The notes under the pieces were generated by a model. The model had not been told where the DNA came from. It saw only the letters and a list, made by a program, of their open reading frames with translations, and ran no database searches. Positions 1-18,271 of a stretch of DNA of 64,000 bases are shown here, one piece after another (position 1 is the stretch's first letter; each line of letters opens with the position of its first letter). A program made the position numbers and the translations under genes. The DNA is taken from assembly GCF_009914755.1 (NCBI RefSeq), contig NC_060941.1, one strand, 5' to 3'. The DNA comes from the human T2T-CHM13v2.0 reference genome, Homo sapiens.

Positions 1-450
1 ATAGTGGAAACAACTCAAGTGTCAATCAACAGATGAATAAACAAAATGTATGACCTACGTGCAATGGAAAATTATTCAACTATAAAGGAATGAAATTCTG
101 ACAAATGCTTGAATATGGATAAACCCATAGTAAGTGAAAAAAGCCACTGTATTTTTGTACACAAAGTACAAATATTATATGATTTCACTTATATGAGGTA
201 CCTAGAATAGACAAATTCTTAGAGATGGGAAGTAGAACAGAGGTTACCAGGGCCTGAGGGAAGGGGCTAAACAGGAGTCATTGTTCCATCAGTACAGTTT
301 CTGACTGGGATGATTGAAAAGTTTTGGAAAGGGATACTGGTGATGGTTGTACAACATCATGAATGTACTCGATGGCACTAAATTGTACACTTAAAAATGC
401 TTAAAAGGTAAATTTTATGTCATGTGTATTTTACCACAATTTTAAAAATT
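1..450 (+). mobile_element. Old L1M (L1MB-like) 3' UTR
   Basis: Typical L1M 3' motifs: caactcaagtgtcaatcaacagatgaat; aaattgtacacttaaaaatg...attttaccacaat. Confidence 0.8.
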
Positions 451-643
451 GAAAAGAACACACAAATGAATACTATTTAGTAACATAAATAAATGAACTA
501 GTTTCTCACATATTAACCAGGATGAATCATAAACTTCTAGATGTTGAGTAAAAAATGCAAATACAGATAGATAACAAATATGATTTCATTTATATAAAGT
601 TCAAAAACAATATGTTCTTTGAGAAAAATATATATAACTTTAA

Positions 644-998
<355 letters not shown>

Positions 999-1852
999 AG
1001 ATGGAAGCTTCTAATGTAGAAATAATGTTCTATTTCTTAAGCTGGGTGATGGATACTCAGATCTCCATTTTATTATTATTTAAAATGTACATATTAGTTT
1101 TGTAGACTTATATACACACATATTTCACAAATATAAAATATAAAAATTAAACAACATTAGTCTGATTATTAATATGATGAGTTAGAGGAGGGGTTATAAC
1201 AGGTACATTTAGGCTACTAATATAGTAATCCAGAGATGGTGGTAGCTTGAATTAGAAAGAGTTAAGAAAAAAAATGCAAACCTTGAGAATAAGATAAAAA
1301 AGAAACAGTACAAACTTTCCATTTCAAATGGAGGCAAAGGCCCACTAGAAGATTATCTAGGGAAATACACTTTGTTGAACTCACTGTTCACTATTAATTA
1401 AGGTTCCAGACTTAGCAAAATTATATTTCAACTTAGATATTTTTGTCTAATACAAATACAAATCATTTCTGTTCAGGAGAAAAGATAACCCTAAAAGTTA
1501 CTATTTATTGCCCTGTAGTACATCAACCAGTTTTCTTATAGTCTATTCCTTTATTAAATTGCCTACAAGTACGTGAATCCTTAAATGCTCTCTGAATAGG
1601 CCAATCATCATACTTTTTCTTCATTAATCAGTGAGTTTAATAAAATCTGTGATAGGTGTTAACTTTATATGTGAGCTATGACTTTATCTTTTTGAAAATT
1701 AACTGTAGAGAAAGAAAAGTGAACAGATTATAAAAATACTTAAAATTAAAATGAGTAAGATATGGTGTTGGATGGGACATGACAGGGAAGGGAGAAAAAG
1801 GTTCACAGGTGCTCTGTAGGTATATGATTAGCCCAAATATGATTACAGTACC

Positions 1853-2262
1853 TGCTATGTTTTGAACATTTGTCCTCTCCAAAATGTTGAAATTTAATCT
1901 CTAATGTGGCAGCATTGAGAGGTGGGGGATTTTAAGAGGTGACAGGGTAACAAGAGTGCTGCCCTCATGAATGGATTTGTCCAGTCATGTATTAATGGCT
2001 TATCATGGGAGTGGGACTAGTGGCTTTATACAAAAAGGAATAGAGACTCGAGCTTGTATACTCAGCCTCCTTGCCCTGTGATACTCTGAGCCACCCTGGG
2101 ACTCAGCAGAGAGTTCCCACCAGCAAGAAGGCCCGCACCAGATGCAGCCTCTCAGTCTTGAACTTCTCAGCCTCTGTAACTGCAAGAAATAAATTCCTTT
2201 TAAAAAATAAATCACCCAGTTTCAGGTAGTCTGTTACAAGCAACAGAAAATGAACTAAGACA
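1853..2262 (+). mobile_element. MST (MaLR) solo LTR
   Basis: Begins TGCTATG, ends CTAAGACA, 5-bp TSD GTACC on both sides. Confidence 0.9.
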
Positions 2263-2536
2263 GTACCATTCATTCATACAGGCAACACTGGCAAAGGACC
2301 AAGACTGGAAGGAAAGATTAAAAGTTTGTTGCCTTTAAGATATCCAAATGGAAATGTTGATATGGCAGTTGGGTATATGGGCATAGTACTTAAGGAAGAA
2401 GTCAGAATTTAATTATATATTAGGAAAGCATGACAAAAGATAAAACTAAAAAAGAATGTATAGAGATGAGATTGCCTAGTGGGAGAGTACAGATTTAAAA
2501 GGGGGGACCAGCAAGAAAATCTTATTTCCTCTCCAT

Positions 2537-4577
<2,041 letters not shown>

Positions 4578-6650
4578 CTAAAAGACATGAGCAAACAGAC
4601 TAGCTAGACTAGACTAGTTTTCTCTTGGTGAGACTTTGTTCATTCATTCCTTCCTCCCTTCCTTTCTTCTCCCCTCCCTTCCGGAAGAAAACAGACAGGT
4701 AAAGATTTAGAAAGAACAATGGAGAGTAAATAGGATACTAAGTCTGAGATACTGCAAGTTACGAGAGGAAAGGATGGTCACAATTTGGAAGGTCTGACGA
4801 AGTGGTATGTCCTCTGGGTCTATCCGGATTTTAGTTCGGGCAAAGAGCTATGAGGAACACTTCATAAAAGGGAGAATTTGGTGACTATGACACATTTCCA
4901 CAGAACACAATGTGTTTTATTTTAATTTCTTCAGTGGAGATTTTTTTTAAAGTACCTTAAAACCTTTTGTTAAGGATTACACAGGGGCTACATGCAAATT
5001 TGGAGTACAATTCTATAGCAAAAACATACTGGTTATTTTAGTGAAAATGGCCTACAGCAAATTTTCAGTTTCAGATAACAAAATATTTAGGTCTACAGCT
5101 TTTATATTCTCATTGCAGGTGACACTTGAATTACACATTTAGACAGCTTAACTATTTCTGTCTTGCCAGAGAAATCACATAAATAAACACAAAAATAACT
5201 CAATTGTTAAATTCTCTTAGGTATCCTAACTAGGCACCTAAAAACTAACTTAAAGGAAAGTACGATGACACAGAGCTGTCTCTCAGGTCTTATGGCTTAC
5301 ATATATGAAAAATGTGAGGTATCTTTGTTGAAAATATCCTACTTAATAGCTCATAAAGGGTAAATACTATTCATATAGGGAGACCAGCCAACATATAGTG
5401 ATAGAGATGATTTAATTTACTAATTGGTGTTCACATCACTTCAATTTGTTAACCTCAGAGGCAATTTTTTTAAAAGTCAGATCTCACAAACTAAAAGACA
5501 CTTTAGAATGCCCATGTCTTATCTGGATATTGTCATTTTACTTTGTCAAACTTCTTTAAAACTAGTATTTCGCTAGGGAGGGAATAAGTTAGAATGCAAC
5601 CTAGTGGGGAAATCCTGCATTTGCTCAATGTCCATAGCTTTTACACAGTTCCAGATGTTCAGTACATTAATAATACACTAACTCAAAGCCTCTTTTTGAA
5701 ACTTTAGAAAGTGCAAATTGCATTAAGACCTCTTTGCCCTCATTAGTGGTATTGTTACAATCCCAGTCCTCTGGAAAATGTTTTTTGGCATGTGTTTAAC
5801 TTTATAATATTGCCATTTACTCACTTTAATAGCCAGTACTCAAGTCTTAATGCTTTTAATAGGCCTGCCTAAACAGACTACCATCTTTTGTAATCTTACT
5901 CACATAATTTATTTCATAAGTAGAACCTGGTATATTTTTCCATCTAAAGATGATTCTTCATTATTCATTTCATGAGGTACTCATATGTTTTAAATGTTTA
6001 CTTTCTTTTATTCAGTTGATATGTACCCATATGTGGCATATGTTAGAAATAAAAAAGAGTTCCTTTTAAATACTAATAAAAATGAAAAAGTAGTAGTGTT
6101 TTTTAAATAACTTTTTTAGTTACAGTAAAAATGAATGTCCTTAATTTTTGCTAAATACAAACTGAAAATATAAGAAAACCAAGAATATGAATTTCTATTG
6201 AAACAGCTTCCTGTTTGGTGATATTTGACTCAGCACTTTCACCTCAAGAGGCTGGGTTATATTTCAGAATCAAACTTTCAATGAACACAGGTGCAGTTGG
6301 AGGTGCACTTGGAGGAATAATATAGACAAATACTGCCCTAAAGTGAAAGTAAGACCTCTGTTGGCAATCTAACTGGAAATGAAGATCCTACAGCCCTCTC
6401 TGAAAAGGAACACTCTCTCTCATAAATTAGTTAAAATACTGAGGACTCTGAAAATGTCAGAGCTGCACTACTAGTGCAGTAATGCACTAGTGACACCTGA
6501 TTTACAGTTACTTCTTGATACATTCTGATAAAAATATACAATGATATTTACAATGCAAAAAACTTCAAAAAATGACATTTGTAAAACAACTAACATATTT
6601 ACACATGAAATTCTACTTTCCTGAAATCATGTGAAAAGAAAACAATAAAA

Positions 6651-6958
6651 GCCAGACGCGGTGGCTCACACCTGTAATCCCAGCACTTTGGGAGGCCAAG
6701 GCAGACAGATCTCTTGAGCTCAGGATTTCAAGACCAGCCTGGGCAACATGGCTAAACCCCATCTCTACAAAAAAAATAACTGGGCATGGTGGTATGTTCC
6801 TGTAGTCCCAGTTACCCAGGAGGCTGAAGTGGGAGGATCACCTGAGCCAGGGAGGTAAAGACTACAGTGAGCCAGTGATTGTACCACCACATTCTAGCCT
6901 GGGCAACAGAATGAGACACTGTCTTGAAAAAAAAAAAGAGAAAAAAGAAAAGAAAACA
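6651..6958 (+). mobile_element. AluJ
   Basis: Full dimer with A-rich tail. Confidence 0.93.
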
Positions 6959-7631
6959 ATAAGAACTCAATACTATGTTATGTATGGAACAAATTCTTAA
7001 CTCTTTGAAACATAAATTCTGAATTACTGTTGTTTCATCAACAGTTAATTCATCAATGTCTAAAGTAATCATTTAGTTAAAATGTATATAATCTGACTTG
7101 TTTTGCTTTTTAAAAATGAAGAACTGTTGACTGAGTTAATAATGTTGGCTAAAATCTGAATGTATAAACTTATTCACACAAATTCAACTATATGTTTCAT
7201 TCTTTTCCTGAATAGATTAACTGTAGGCGAAAAAGGCAACTCGTTTTCTATACTTCTGTAAATGGGCTAATAATTAAACTATAATGAGGTCAGTGCTCTT
7301 GCACTATTAGAATTCAGGCTGAGGGAAGCAGATGAATAAGAAGCAACCACTATAATGTTACCTAAAAGTTACTACTTTCAAGTATTGCCATCTGAATCTG
7401 CTGTAAATTTGTTGCTCTAAAACTTGAAAGAAATGTTTTGGAGAAAGCATCGCTTCACAATCTAGTGAATAAGATCCAAAAGAAAAATATTTAAATTACA
7501 GTGCAGTGCATAACAAACATAGAAAGGCCTCAAGGCATACCACTACAGGAAACCATCAAATCACAAAGGAAGACAGCAAGAGAAATAAAGAAACAAAGTA
7601 CCTACACAACAACTAGAAAATAATTCACAAT

Positions 7632-7937
7632 GCTGGGTGGGCGTGGTCACTCATGCCTGTAATTCCAGCACTTTAGGAGGCTGAGGCAGAAGGATTGCTT
7701 GAGGCCAAAGGATTGCTTGAAGCCAGGAGTTTAAGACCAGTGTGGGCAAAACAGCAAGACCCTATCTCTAAAAAAAAAAAGTTTTTAAAAAATGTATCTG
7801 GGTGTGGTGGCACATGCCTGTAGTACCAGCTACTCAGGAGGCTGAGGTTGATCCCTTCAACCCAGGAGTTCAAGGTTATAGTGACCTATGATCACACCCC
7901 TGCACTCTGACCTGGGTGACAGAGCAAGACCCTGTCA

Positions 7938-7976
<39 letters not shown>

Positions 7977-7977
7977 A
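7632..7977 (+). mobile_element. AluJ with (TAAA)~10 tail
   Basis: Alu dimer; short internal tandem duplication of aggattgcttga. Confidence 0.9.
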
Positions 7978-8522
7978 TGGCAGTAATAACTCTTTACCTT
8001 TCAATACCTACCTTGAATGTAAATGAATTACACTCTAGCAAAAAGACATAGAGTCTTAATTCCCAGAGCAATTTAGAAAGAGTAAGAAAAGAAGATCCAA
8101 CTATATGCTGCCTACAAGAGATTTGCTTTTAAGGATGCACAGAGGCTGAAAGTGAGCAGCTGAAAAAAGCTATTCAACAAAATGGAAACCAAAAGAGAGT
8201 GGGGTTATCTATACTTACATAAGACAAAATAGACTAAGTCAAATACTGTAAAAAGAAACAACGAAGAACATTATTTAACAAAAAAAGGTCAATTCATCAA
8301 GAGGATATAACAATTGTAAATACACATGCACCTAACATCAAAGTACCTAAATATATAAAGCAAGTATTAAAGGATCTGAAAAGAGAGATAGATTCTAATA
8401 CAATAATAGTAGGAGACATTGATACCCCACTTTCAACAATGAACAAATCATCCAGACAGAAAATATATTTAAAAACATTGGACTTGAATAAATTTAGACC
8501 AAATGGACCTAACAGGCATTTA

Positions 8523-8891
8523 CAGGCATACCTTGGAGATATTGTAGGTTCAGTTTCAGACCACCACAATAAAGCAAATATCACAATAAAGTGAGTCATA
8601 CATTTTTGTTACCCATCATATATAAACGGTTAATGTTTATACTATACTGCAGTCTATTATGTGTACAAGTGGCATTATGTCTAAAAAAATACATACCTTA
8701 ATTTTAAAATACTTTATTGCTAAAAAAATGCTGACACAGAGACATGAAGTGAGTACATAGTATTGGAAAAATGGTGACAATAGACTTGCTTGACACAGGG
8801 TTGCCACAAACCTTTAATTTATGAAAAAAAAAAAACCCAGAATATTTGCAAAGTGCGATAAAGCAAAGCACAATAAAATAAGGTATTCCTG
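8523..8891 (-). mobile_element. Internally deleted Tigger1-type DNA transposon
   Basis: Inverted termini CAGGCATACCT / AGGTATTCCTG; TA target duplication at 8521-8522 and 8892-8893; L1 ORF2 sequence resumes on both sides. Confidence 0.9.
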
Positions 8892-11800
8892 TACAGAATA
8901 TCCCATTCAAGAGCAACAGAATACACATTCTTCTCAAATACCATAAAATAGTCTCCAGGATAGATTATATATTAGGCCATGAAACAAGTTTTAACAAATT
9001 TAAGTTTGTTATCATATCAAGTATCTTTGCTGGCCACAATGGTATAAAACTAGAAATGAGTAACAGGAAAATTTGGGAAAATTCACAAATATATGGAAAT
9101 TAAACAACATGTTCCTGAACAACCAAACAACCAAGGGGGCAATGAAGAAATTAAAAGGGAAATTTAAAAAAAATATATTGAGACAAACAAAAATGGAAAC
9201 ACAACATACCAAAACTTAAGGGATGCAGCAAACGTAGTCCTAAGAGGAAAGTTTACAATAACAAATGCCTACATCAAAAAAGAAGATCCCAAATAAATAA
9301 CATTACTCCTCAAGGATCTAGAAAAAGAAGAACTAAGCCCAAAATTAACAGAAGGAAAGAAGTAATAAAGATCAGAGAATAAATAAATAAAGTAGAGACT
9401 AGGAAAACAACACAAAGATCAACAAAACTATGAATTGGTTTTTGAAAAGATAAATGAAATCAACAAACCTTTAGCTAGATTAACAAGAAAAAAAGAGAAT
9501 ATTCAAATAAAATGAGAAACAAATGAGGAGATATTATAACTGATACCACAGAAATACAAAGGATCAAAGTGACTATTACAATTATATGCCAACAAAATAA
9601 ACTGGATACCTGGAAGAAATGGATAAATTCCTAGACACATACAACCTACCAAGACTGCATCATAAAGAAATAGAAAATTTAAACAGACCAATAATGAGTT
9701 CTTTCCAATCAAAGAAAAGCCCAAGACCTGTTGGCTCACTGCTGAATTCTACCTAACAGTTAAAGAACTAATACCAATCTTTCTCAAATGCTTTCAAAGA
9801 AGTTGAAAAGGAGGATATACTTCTAAATTCTTTTTACATGACCAGCATTATCACCCTGATACCAAGGCCAGATAAGGACAATACAAGAAAAGAAAACTGT
9901 AGGCCAATATCCTTGATAAATAGAAAAGCAAAAATCCTCAACAAAATACTAGCAAACCAAATTCAACAACACATTAAAAGAACAATTCAACATGATCAAA
10001 TGGGATTTATCACTGGATGGAAAGATAGTTCAACATATGTAAATCAATAAATGTATACAGCACATTAATAGAATGAAGGACAAAAACCATATGATCATCT
10101 CATTAGATGTAGAAAAATCATTTGACAAAATTCAACATCCTTTCCTGAGAAAAACTTTTACTAAATTAGGTATAGAAGAAATGTACTGCATATTTGGCCA
10201 ATAAAGGCCAAATATGATAAGACCACACTTAACATTATATTCAATGGTGAAAAAATTGAAAGCCTTACCTCTAAGATCTGGAACAAGACAAGGATGCCCA
10301 CTTTCACTATGTCCACTTAACACAGTACTGAAGTCCTTGCCAGAAAAATTTAGAAAGAGAAAGAAATAAAAAGCATCCAAATAGAAAAGAAAAAAGTGAA
10401 ACTGCCCCTGTTTGCTGAAGACATAATCTTATATATAGAAACCCCTAAAGACTACAACAAAAAACTGTTAGAACTAATAAATGAATAAATACAGTAAACT
10501 TGCAGGATACAAAATCAACACACAAAAAATCAGTAGCATTTCTATATACTAATAACAGACTATCCAAAAAAGAAATTAAGAGAACTCCTTTTACAATAGC
10601 TACCAAAAAGAGAGAGAAAGAAAGAAAGAAATTTAACCAAGGTGAAGAAAGGCTTGTACGCTGAAATCTATAAAATGTTGATGAGAGAAATTGTAGAAGA
10701 TACAAGTAAATAGCATGATATTCTTTGCTCATAGACTGGAAGAATATTGTTAAAATGTTCATATTACCCAAAGTGACATATTGATTCAATGTAATCTCTA
10801 TCAAAATTCCAATGTCATTTTTCATAGAAATAGAAAAAAGAATCCTAAATTTCATATAGAGCCACAAGAAGCTTTGAATAGCCATGGCAGTCATGAGTAA
10901 AAAGAACAAAAATGGAGGCATCACACGACCTGATTCCAAACCACACTGCAAAGCTATAGTAATTAAAACAGCATGGTATTGGCATAAAAAACAGCCACAG
11001 TGACCAACGAAACAAAGAGCACAGAAAGAAACCCATGTATGTGCTCAACTGATTTTCAACAAAGGTGCCAAGTATACACAATGGGAAAAAAAGACTCTCT
11101 AAAAATGGTGCTAAGAAAATTAGATATCCACATGCAGAAGAATGAAAATGGACCCTTATCTCACAATATTTAAAAAAAAACTCAAAATGAATTAAAGATT
11201 TAAACCCAAGAACTGAAACTGTAAAACTACTAGAAGAAAACAGAGGGGGGAAAACTACATAACATTGGTTTAGGCAATGATTTTTTGGATTTGATCCCAA
11301 AAGCACAGGCAACAAAAGCAAAAATAGGCCAATGCAATTACAACAAAGAGAAAACAATAAACAAAGTGGCAACCTACAGATTGGGAGAAAATATTTACAA
11401 GCTATATATCCAATAAGGAGTTAATGTCCAAAATATATAAGAAACTCAAACAACTCATTAGCAAGAACACAAATAACTCAATTTAAAAATGGGCAAGGGA
11501 TTTGAATAGACATTTCTAAAAGAAGACAACAAATGACCAACAGATACATGAAAAAATGCTCAAAATCACTAATCATTAGGGAAATACAAATTAAAACCAT
11601 GATGAAACATTACCTTATGCCTGTAACAATGGCTACTGTCAAAAAGATGAAAGATAACAAAGTGTTGGTGAGGATGTGGAGAAAAGGGAAGCCTTGGACA
11701 CTGTTGGTAAGAATGTAAATTAGTACAGCCATTATAAAAAACTGAATGGACATTACTCAAAACACTCAAAACAGAATTACCTTATGATCTAGCAATCTCA

Positions 11801-13805
11801 CTTCTGAGTATTTACCCCTAAAATTTGAAGTCAGTTTGCAGAAGAAATATCTACACTCCCTCGTTCACTGTAGCATTGTTCATTTGGCTGGAATTGGAGA
11901 ACATTATGCTAAGTGAAATAAGCCAGGCACAGAAAGATAAATGTCTCATGCCCTTACTTTACGTGGCATCTAAAACAACTGAACTCAAAGAAGTGACAGT
12001 AAAATGGTAGTTACCAGAGTCTGGGGCAACCACCCTTCTACTTTCTATCTCTGAATTTGACTACTCTAAGTACCTCATATAAGTGTAATAGTGTATTTGC
12101 CGTTTTTATGACGAGCTTATTTCACTTAGTCTAATGTCCTCCAGATTCATCCATGTTGTAGCATGAAAAGAAATACCCATTTATTATCTCACAGTCTCTG
12201 TAGGTCAGAAGTCCAGACACAGGGCAGCTGGTATGGGAATGTGGGGAAGGTTGTGCATGTGTCGGGTAAAGGGGTATATGAGAGCTGTCTATACTGTCCA
12301 CTCAATTTTGCTGTGAACCTAAAACTGGTATAAAAAATACCATGTGACCTATGGTATTCTCTACATTGAGCTGCTATCTGTAGAATCTTTTCCTTGATGA
12401 CTTTTTTCCTTTATGATCTCTCATGTTAGCATGACTTCAAGCTAACATTATCTACACTAGGCAAGCAAGGTGAATCTTATTTCTAAAAACTCCTCAGAAA
12501 TAGTACTTTGTACAAAGGCAAACAACCAACGCACTGATATGAGCTCTAACCATTCATTCACCATGTCCTGTAGAGACTGATGTATCTTTTGAAAGACTTT
12601 TCAAAAATGCAATAACCCTTGAGTTAACTAGATATCTTAAAATCGAAGGCTAGAGATTGGGAGAGTTCGCTTCTATAATTTGCATCTGCTGTATATTTGA
12701 GAATATATAAAATACAAGAACCCAAATAGATGGGTGAAACTCTTAAAATGTTAAAATCATAGCTAGAAGTTAGAAACCTGTGTAAGCCATATTAAAGAGA
12801 TAAAGTAAGTACAGCATTTCTCTATGAACATAGATGAAAAAGGATGGAAAGACACTAGATATTCAAGATACACTACATATACATGAGGTATCAAATATCC
12901 AAGATACATTAAATATATCTGAGGCATATAAAATACTACCCAATATCCATAAAATCTTATTCAGCCACCCATTGGTGACACCCATTCTGGCTCCATGTAT
13001 CCTCTGCCCAAGAAAGGCAAATAAAATACATTGTAGCTCAGCAGGCAAACTGATGGACTACAGCTGTGGCCAAGTGCATTTGCGCTGGCCTTACTCTAAT
13101 AAAGTGTGTCAATTGTGCATCTGTTGGGTCCCCTTGCATAAACCTCATTTCTAGTCTCTGTAAGCACACCATCAGCAAAGGAGAGCTGATGTGGAAAAGA
13201 GAAAGACAAGACATAAACATTGCACAGCCCAGGATTTAGGTAGTGTGGTCCTTCCACCCACTTACATTGTATTCACATGTTAACCTACCCTCAACTCTCT
13301 CCCCTTGCCTCCCACTGTGTGTTTTAACTATCTTTACTAAACTATATGATTCAAGCATCCCAATGTGGTGTCACTTTTTTGTCCCATGACCTCTGGGATA
13401 AGTATATTTGGAGACTACCACTGCATCAAGTTAACGTCCCTCCTGACACCACACAAATCATCTAAATTCAAAAGGTGCCAATATGAAACTGTCAGCCAAA
13501 AAGGAAAATCAATTGGTTGCTATTATGAAGATTAACTGGGTAGATATTAAAGATTGTAACCAAGATGAAACAACTAGAACCTCCAAGTTTTTCTAGTCCA
13601 TATCAAGCTCAAAAATTGCTTTAATATGTAAAATGTACAGTAAATTAATCATAAGTTATATTTAACTAATTTGTCTGTCATTTCCCAAAAGTGCTTCCTA
13701 TATTTATCCTTACATCCATGAAAAATAGTTTAGAACTAAGGGGGTGGGGGGAGCACAGGGAGTTAGGATGAATTCAGCTTCTAAATTTGCTACTTGATCC
13801 CTGCC

Positions 13806-14140
13806 TGCTATGGTTTGAATGTCCCCTCCCAAAGTCATGTTAAAATGTAATTGTCATTGTAACAGTATTAACAGGTGCAGCATTTAAGAGACCATTAGGC
13901 CAGAAAGGTTCTGTCCTCATGGATGGGTTTAATGCCTTTAAAAAATAAAGGAGCTTTTTCTTTCTGTGTCACTTGCCCTTTCACCTTTCACCTCGAGATG
14001 ATGGAGCAAGAAGGCCCTTACTAGATGCTGGCAACTTGATACTTGGACTTCTTAGTCTCCAGAATTGTGAGAAATAAATTTATTTTCTTTCTGTCCAGTC
14101 TGTGGTATTCTGTTATAGCATCAAAAAATTGACCAAGACA
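13806..14140 (+). mobile_element. MST (MaLR) solo LTR
   Basis: TGCTATGGTTTGAATGT...CCAAGACA with 5-bp TSD CTGCC. Confidence 0.9.
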
Positions 14141-14239
14141 CTGCCTTCTCAAACTAAGTTACCTGGACATCCTTGACTCTAGTTTAATCTTAACTTCTCT
14201 GCCTTTATTCTCCCTAGATTTTTCACTTAAAAATTATAA

Positions 14240-14689
<450 letters not shown>

Positions 14690-14755
14690 TGAAACCAGAT
14701 GTGATACAAATATATTCATGTTATTTATAGAAAGTACATAAATGACTATATTCAT

Positions 14756-14756
<1 letters not shown>

Positions 14757-14800
<44 letters not shown>
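14757..14800. repeat. (CA)22 microsatellite
   Basis: Direct reading. Confidence 0.97.
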
Positions 14801-14803
<3 letters not shown>

Positions 14804-16221
14804 CAAAAAACAACTTGGTTATTAAATTGTTACTTTCCAACTGCCCTACTATTTTCATTCAATTGTTAAAGCAGCTTTTTAACATCCTCTTTCAGAGTAG
14901 CTCTTATATCTATCTTCCTAACAGTTTAGCTCATAATCAAAAACAAATGTGAAAAGCAAACATAAATATAGGTATACCAATATGTAGGTATTTTTATATA
15001 AGTGCATATTGTTCTAAATAAAAATAATAGGTCAAATTAATATTTATCAGATCAACTATATTTCAAACAGTAGAATACTATTACGAGGATAGCATTGAAC
15101 TAGAAAATCAGGAGTTCTAAGGCAAATGCTTTCACTAATTAAATGTATGACCTTAGCCATATGAATTGTCTACTCAGAATGTAGTATGTGCCCAGTAAAT
15201 GTTTGTCAAATGAATAAACAAAGGAACAAACAAAGGAATACTTTTTGTTTAATAACCAAGAGCAGAAGTTCTCAAGAACTACATCTAACCTGAGAGATAT
15301 ACAACCTCTCTACCACATCCCAAAGCCTCAATGGCATAATGATTCTTTCTATTTAACACTGTAGAAAAAAATATTTCTTCAAAAGGCTCAGTTGATCACT
15401 TAAAGCAAATTTATATCTATAGAAATTTCAGCCTTCTACACGAGGGGAAAAAAAACACTTTTTAATGTAGCAATTTAGTTTCTCCTTTAGGTTAAGTGCG
15501 GTACAGCTTTAAAAATGAGAACCAAAACAAACTAGTAGCACTGCAAATTTCTTAACATACAAATTTAGTGCTGAACAATACTTTAAAAAACTACAGCTAG
15601 AGAGTGATCAGGAATGTTTGCATTTTATTCCTCATCTGACATTCAGTGATGAATGTAAAATATGCCCTCAGGGAAAATGGTTTATACATATTACTCATAA
15701 AGATGTATTTTTTTTTAAGTCGAAGTCTGTATTGTATGAATAAAAAGATCCAACTTGTTACTTTGGCACCAGAGAGTCTCTTTTCAAAATGATTTAATAG
15801 AAAAGTTTCTATTCTCTTTATATGGACAGAAACTTCTCTGTCCATATAAAGAGTTTAGAAACTCTTCTACCCATAAAAATGAATTTCAGAGAGTTCTAAA
15901 GCAATGCTGCTACTACTTAAATAACAACAGAGTCAAAATCAAATTTATCTTAGTGGAAGAATGGCATTCCTCCTAGTTACCATAAACTATTGGTCTGAAA
16001 GAATGTGGGGAAAAAAACTAGATGAACAACGTTCTCACTCTTACCCTTAAACAAATGCTGCAGTTTACATCAAAAGAATATTAGTTTTTACTCAGTGAAA
16101 GAGTAAAGTTTTGAGTAAATCACCCATTCCAATTATCTAGTACAGGAAGAAAACTGGCCATTAAATATAAGGGGGAAGAAATGACCACTAAAATGTATGG
16201 TTTGAAAAACTTTAGACATAT

Positions 16222-16669
<448 letters not shown>

Positions 16670-17596
16670 TTATCCTATGTTTCTTTTATGAAACTCTGCA
16701 ACCAGTCTTTACATTACATTTTCACACATGCCAAGCTAAACTCTGTGATTATGAAAATATTTTCTGTGCCTTTGCTAATACATGTCTCCTTGGTCCAGAA
16801 TATTATATTCCTCACTCCCACATCTACCAGTAGAAATCTATCCACCTTTCTTTAATACCCACTGAAATATCAACCACCTCCTCTAGGAAACTCCTCTGCT
16901 TCATTCAATCACATGTGATCTCTTCCTACTCTTAATTCCATTATCATTCTTCTTAATCTCTCTAATGATTACAAATTTTGTCAAATAATGCAAGGATGTG
17001 TACACTTATTTTATACCACAACCCAAACTGAAATCTTCTTGAAGAGACAGTAACTTGTTTATTTTTGAATCTTTAACAGGACTTAGTGCAGTCCTCCGCA
17101 CAAAGTATGTACTCAATAATGATTTCTTCAATGGATTAAGTAAATAAAAATAAATGTGAAGTAAAGTTATGAGATTTCTCAGGAAGATCTTAAATATAAT
17201 ATAAGCAAGGCTCTCAATATAAATATTTTGGTATTTTAAAGAAATTCAACTAAAGATATTTAAAGTTCTTTCTCAATACAAAATAAGTATTAGTATATGG
17301 AATTAGGCTGTATTGCTCTACGGGAAATCACAGGAATTTTAGTTTGCAGTTCTAAAATACCTCTAACTTCAAAGGCAGTAAGAAAGACTTGGAACAATAA
17401 GAGTTAGTCTCCATCCATTCGTGTGTTTATTCATCAAGCATTTATGGAAAGATTATTATGTGCAGTTGTGATGCCTTTGCTACCTAAATTTCATAAATAT
17501 CATTTCACTTCTATTAATATTTTCATATGCCATAGTCACAAATCTTTATTCTAATGGTTCTTCCTAACCTTTTTCTTACCCTGATAAATTAACCCC

Positions 17597-18271
17597 TGTG
17601 ATAAAAAGTTTATGATAGCCCCTAAGATTCCTACTCCCTATATACAACCTGCATAAACTTCTCCCCGTTGTGAGATAAAAATAAGACTTTACTTCCATGA
17701 TTAGATTATATTATGTAGTAAAGATGAGGGGATTTTATGAACGTAATTAAGGTCTACCTCAATTGATTCTGAGTTAATCAAAAGGGAGATTATCTTGGGT
17801 GGACCTGACTTAATCAGGTAAAAGTCCTTAAAAGATACAATGCACCCCTACAGAAGAGACACCTTTGTTGGCTTTGAAGAAGGAAAAAAAAAAGTAGTAG
17901 TAGTAATAAGCTGCCACGTTGTTGAGAGGGTGATATGACTGGGACCTGAATGCAACCTTTAAGACCTAAGAGTCATCCTTAGCCAACAGCCCGCAAAAGA
18001 CTGGGTATCTCACTCAGTCCTACGACTACAAGGGATAAATTCTGCAAACAAACTGAGGGACCCTGGAAGCTAATCTTTCCCCAGTCAAGCCTTTAGTGAG
18101 ACCACAACCCCAGTTGACTCTGCTGGGAGCCTTGTAATACACTGAGAAGAAAAACCCAGATAAGCCATGCCCAGACTCCTGACCCACAGAAAGAGTAAGA
18201 TGATAAATGTGTACTGTTTTACGGTGCTAATTTTGTGGTAATTTGTTATGCAGCAACATAGAACTAATACA
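17597..18271 (+). mobile_element. MLT1 (D/E-like) solo LTR
   Basis: gggagattatcttgggtggacct; ends atttgttatgcagcaa..aactaataca; imperfect TSD acccc/accca. Confidence 0.8.

Larger units (their letters stand above)
7480..12030 (+). mobile_element. Decayed L1MA-type LINE-1 (ORF2 and 3' UTR), interrupted by an Alu and a Tigger1 derivative
   Basis: ORF2 remnants [22 protein letters not shown] and [17 protein letters not shown]; many stops and frameshifts. Confidence 0.92.

Noticed and set aside
6463-6492. ctgcacta-c-tagtgcag mini-palindrome
   Set aside because: An 8-bp stem can occur by chance in 64 kb.
8297-12010. Long ORFs (168 and 175 aa, minus strand) and ORF2-like plus-strand ORFs
   Set aside because: Antisense or fragmentary frames of a decayed L1; no intact ORF2.
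12834-13154. 106-aa plus-strand ORF with a weak IQDTL repeat
   Set aside because: Short degenerate duplication; no recognisable homology, promoter or splice support.
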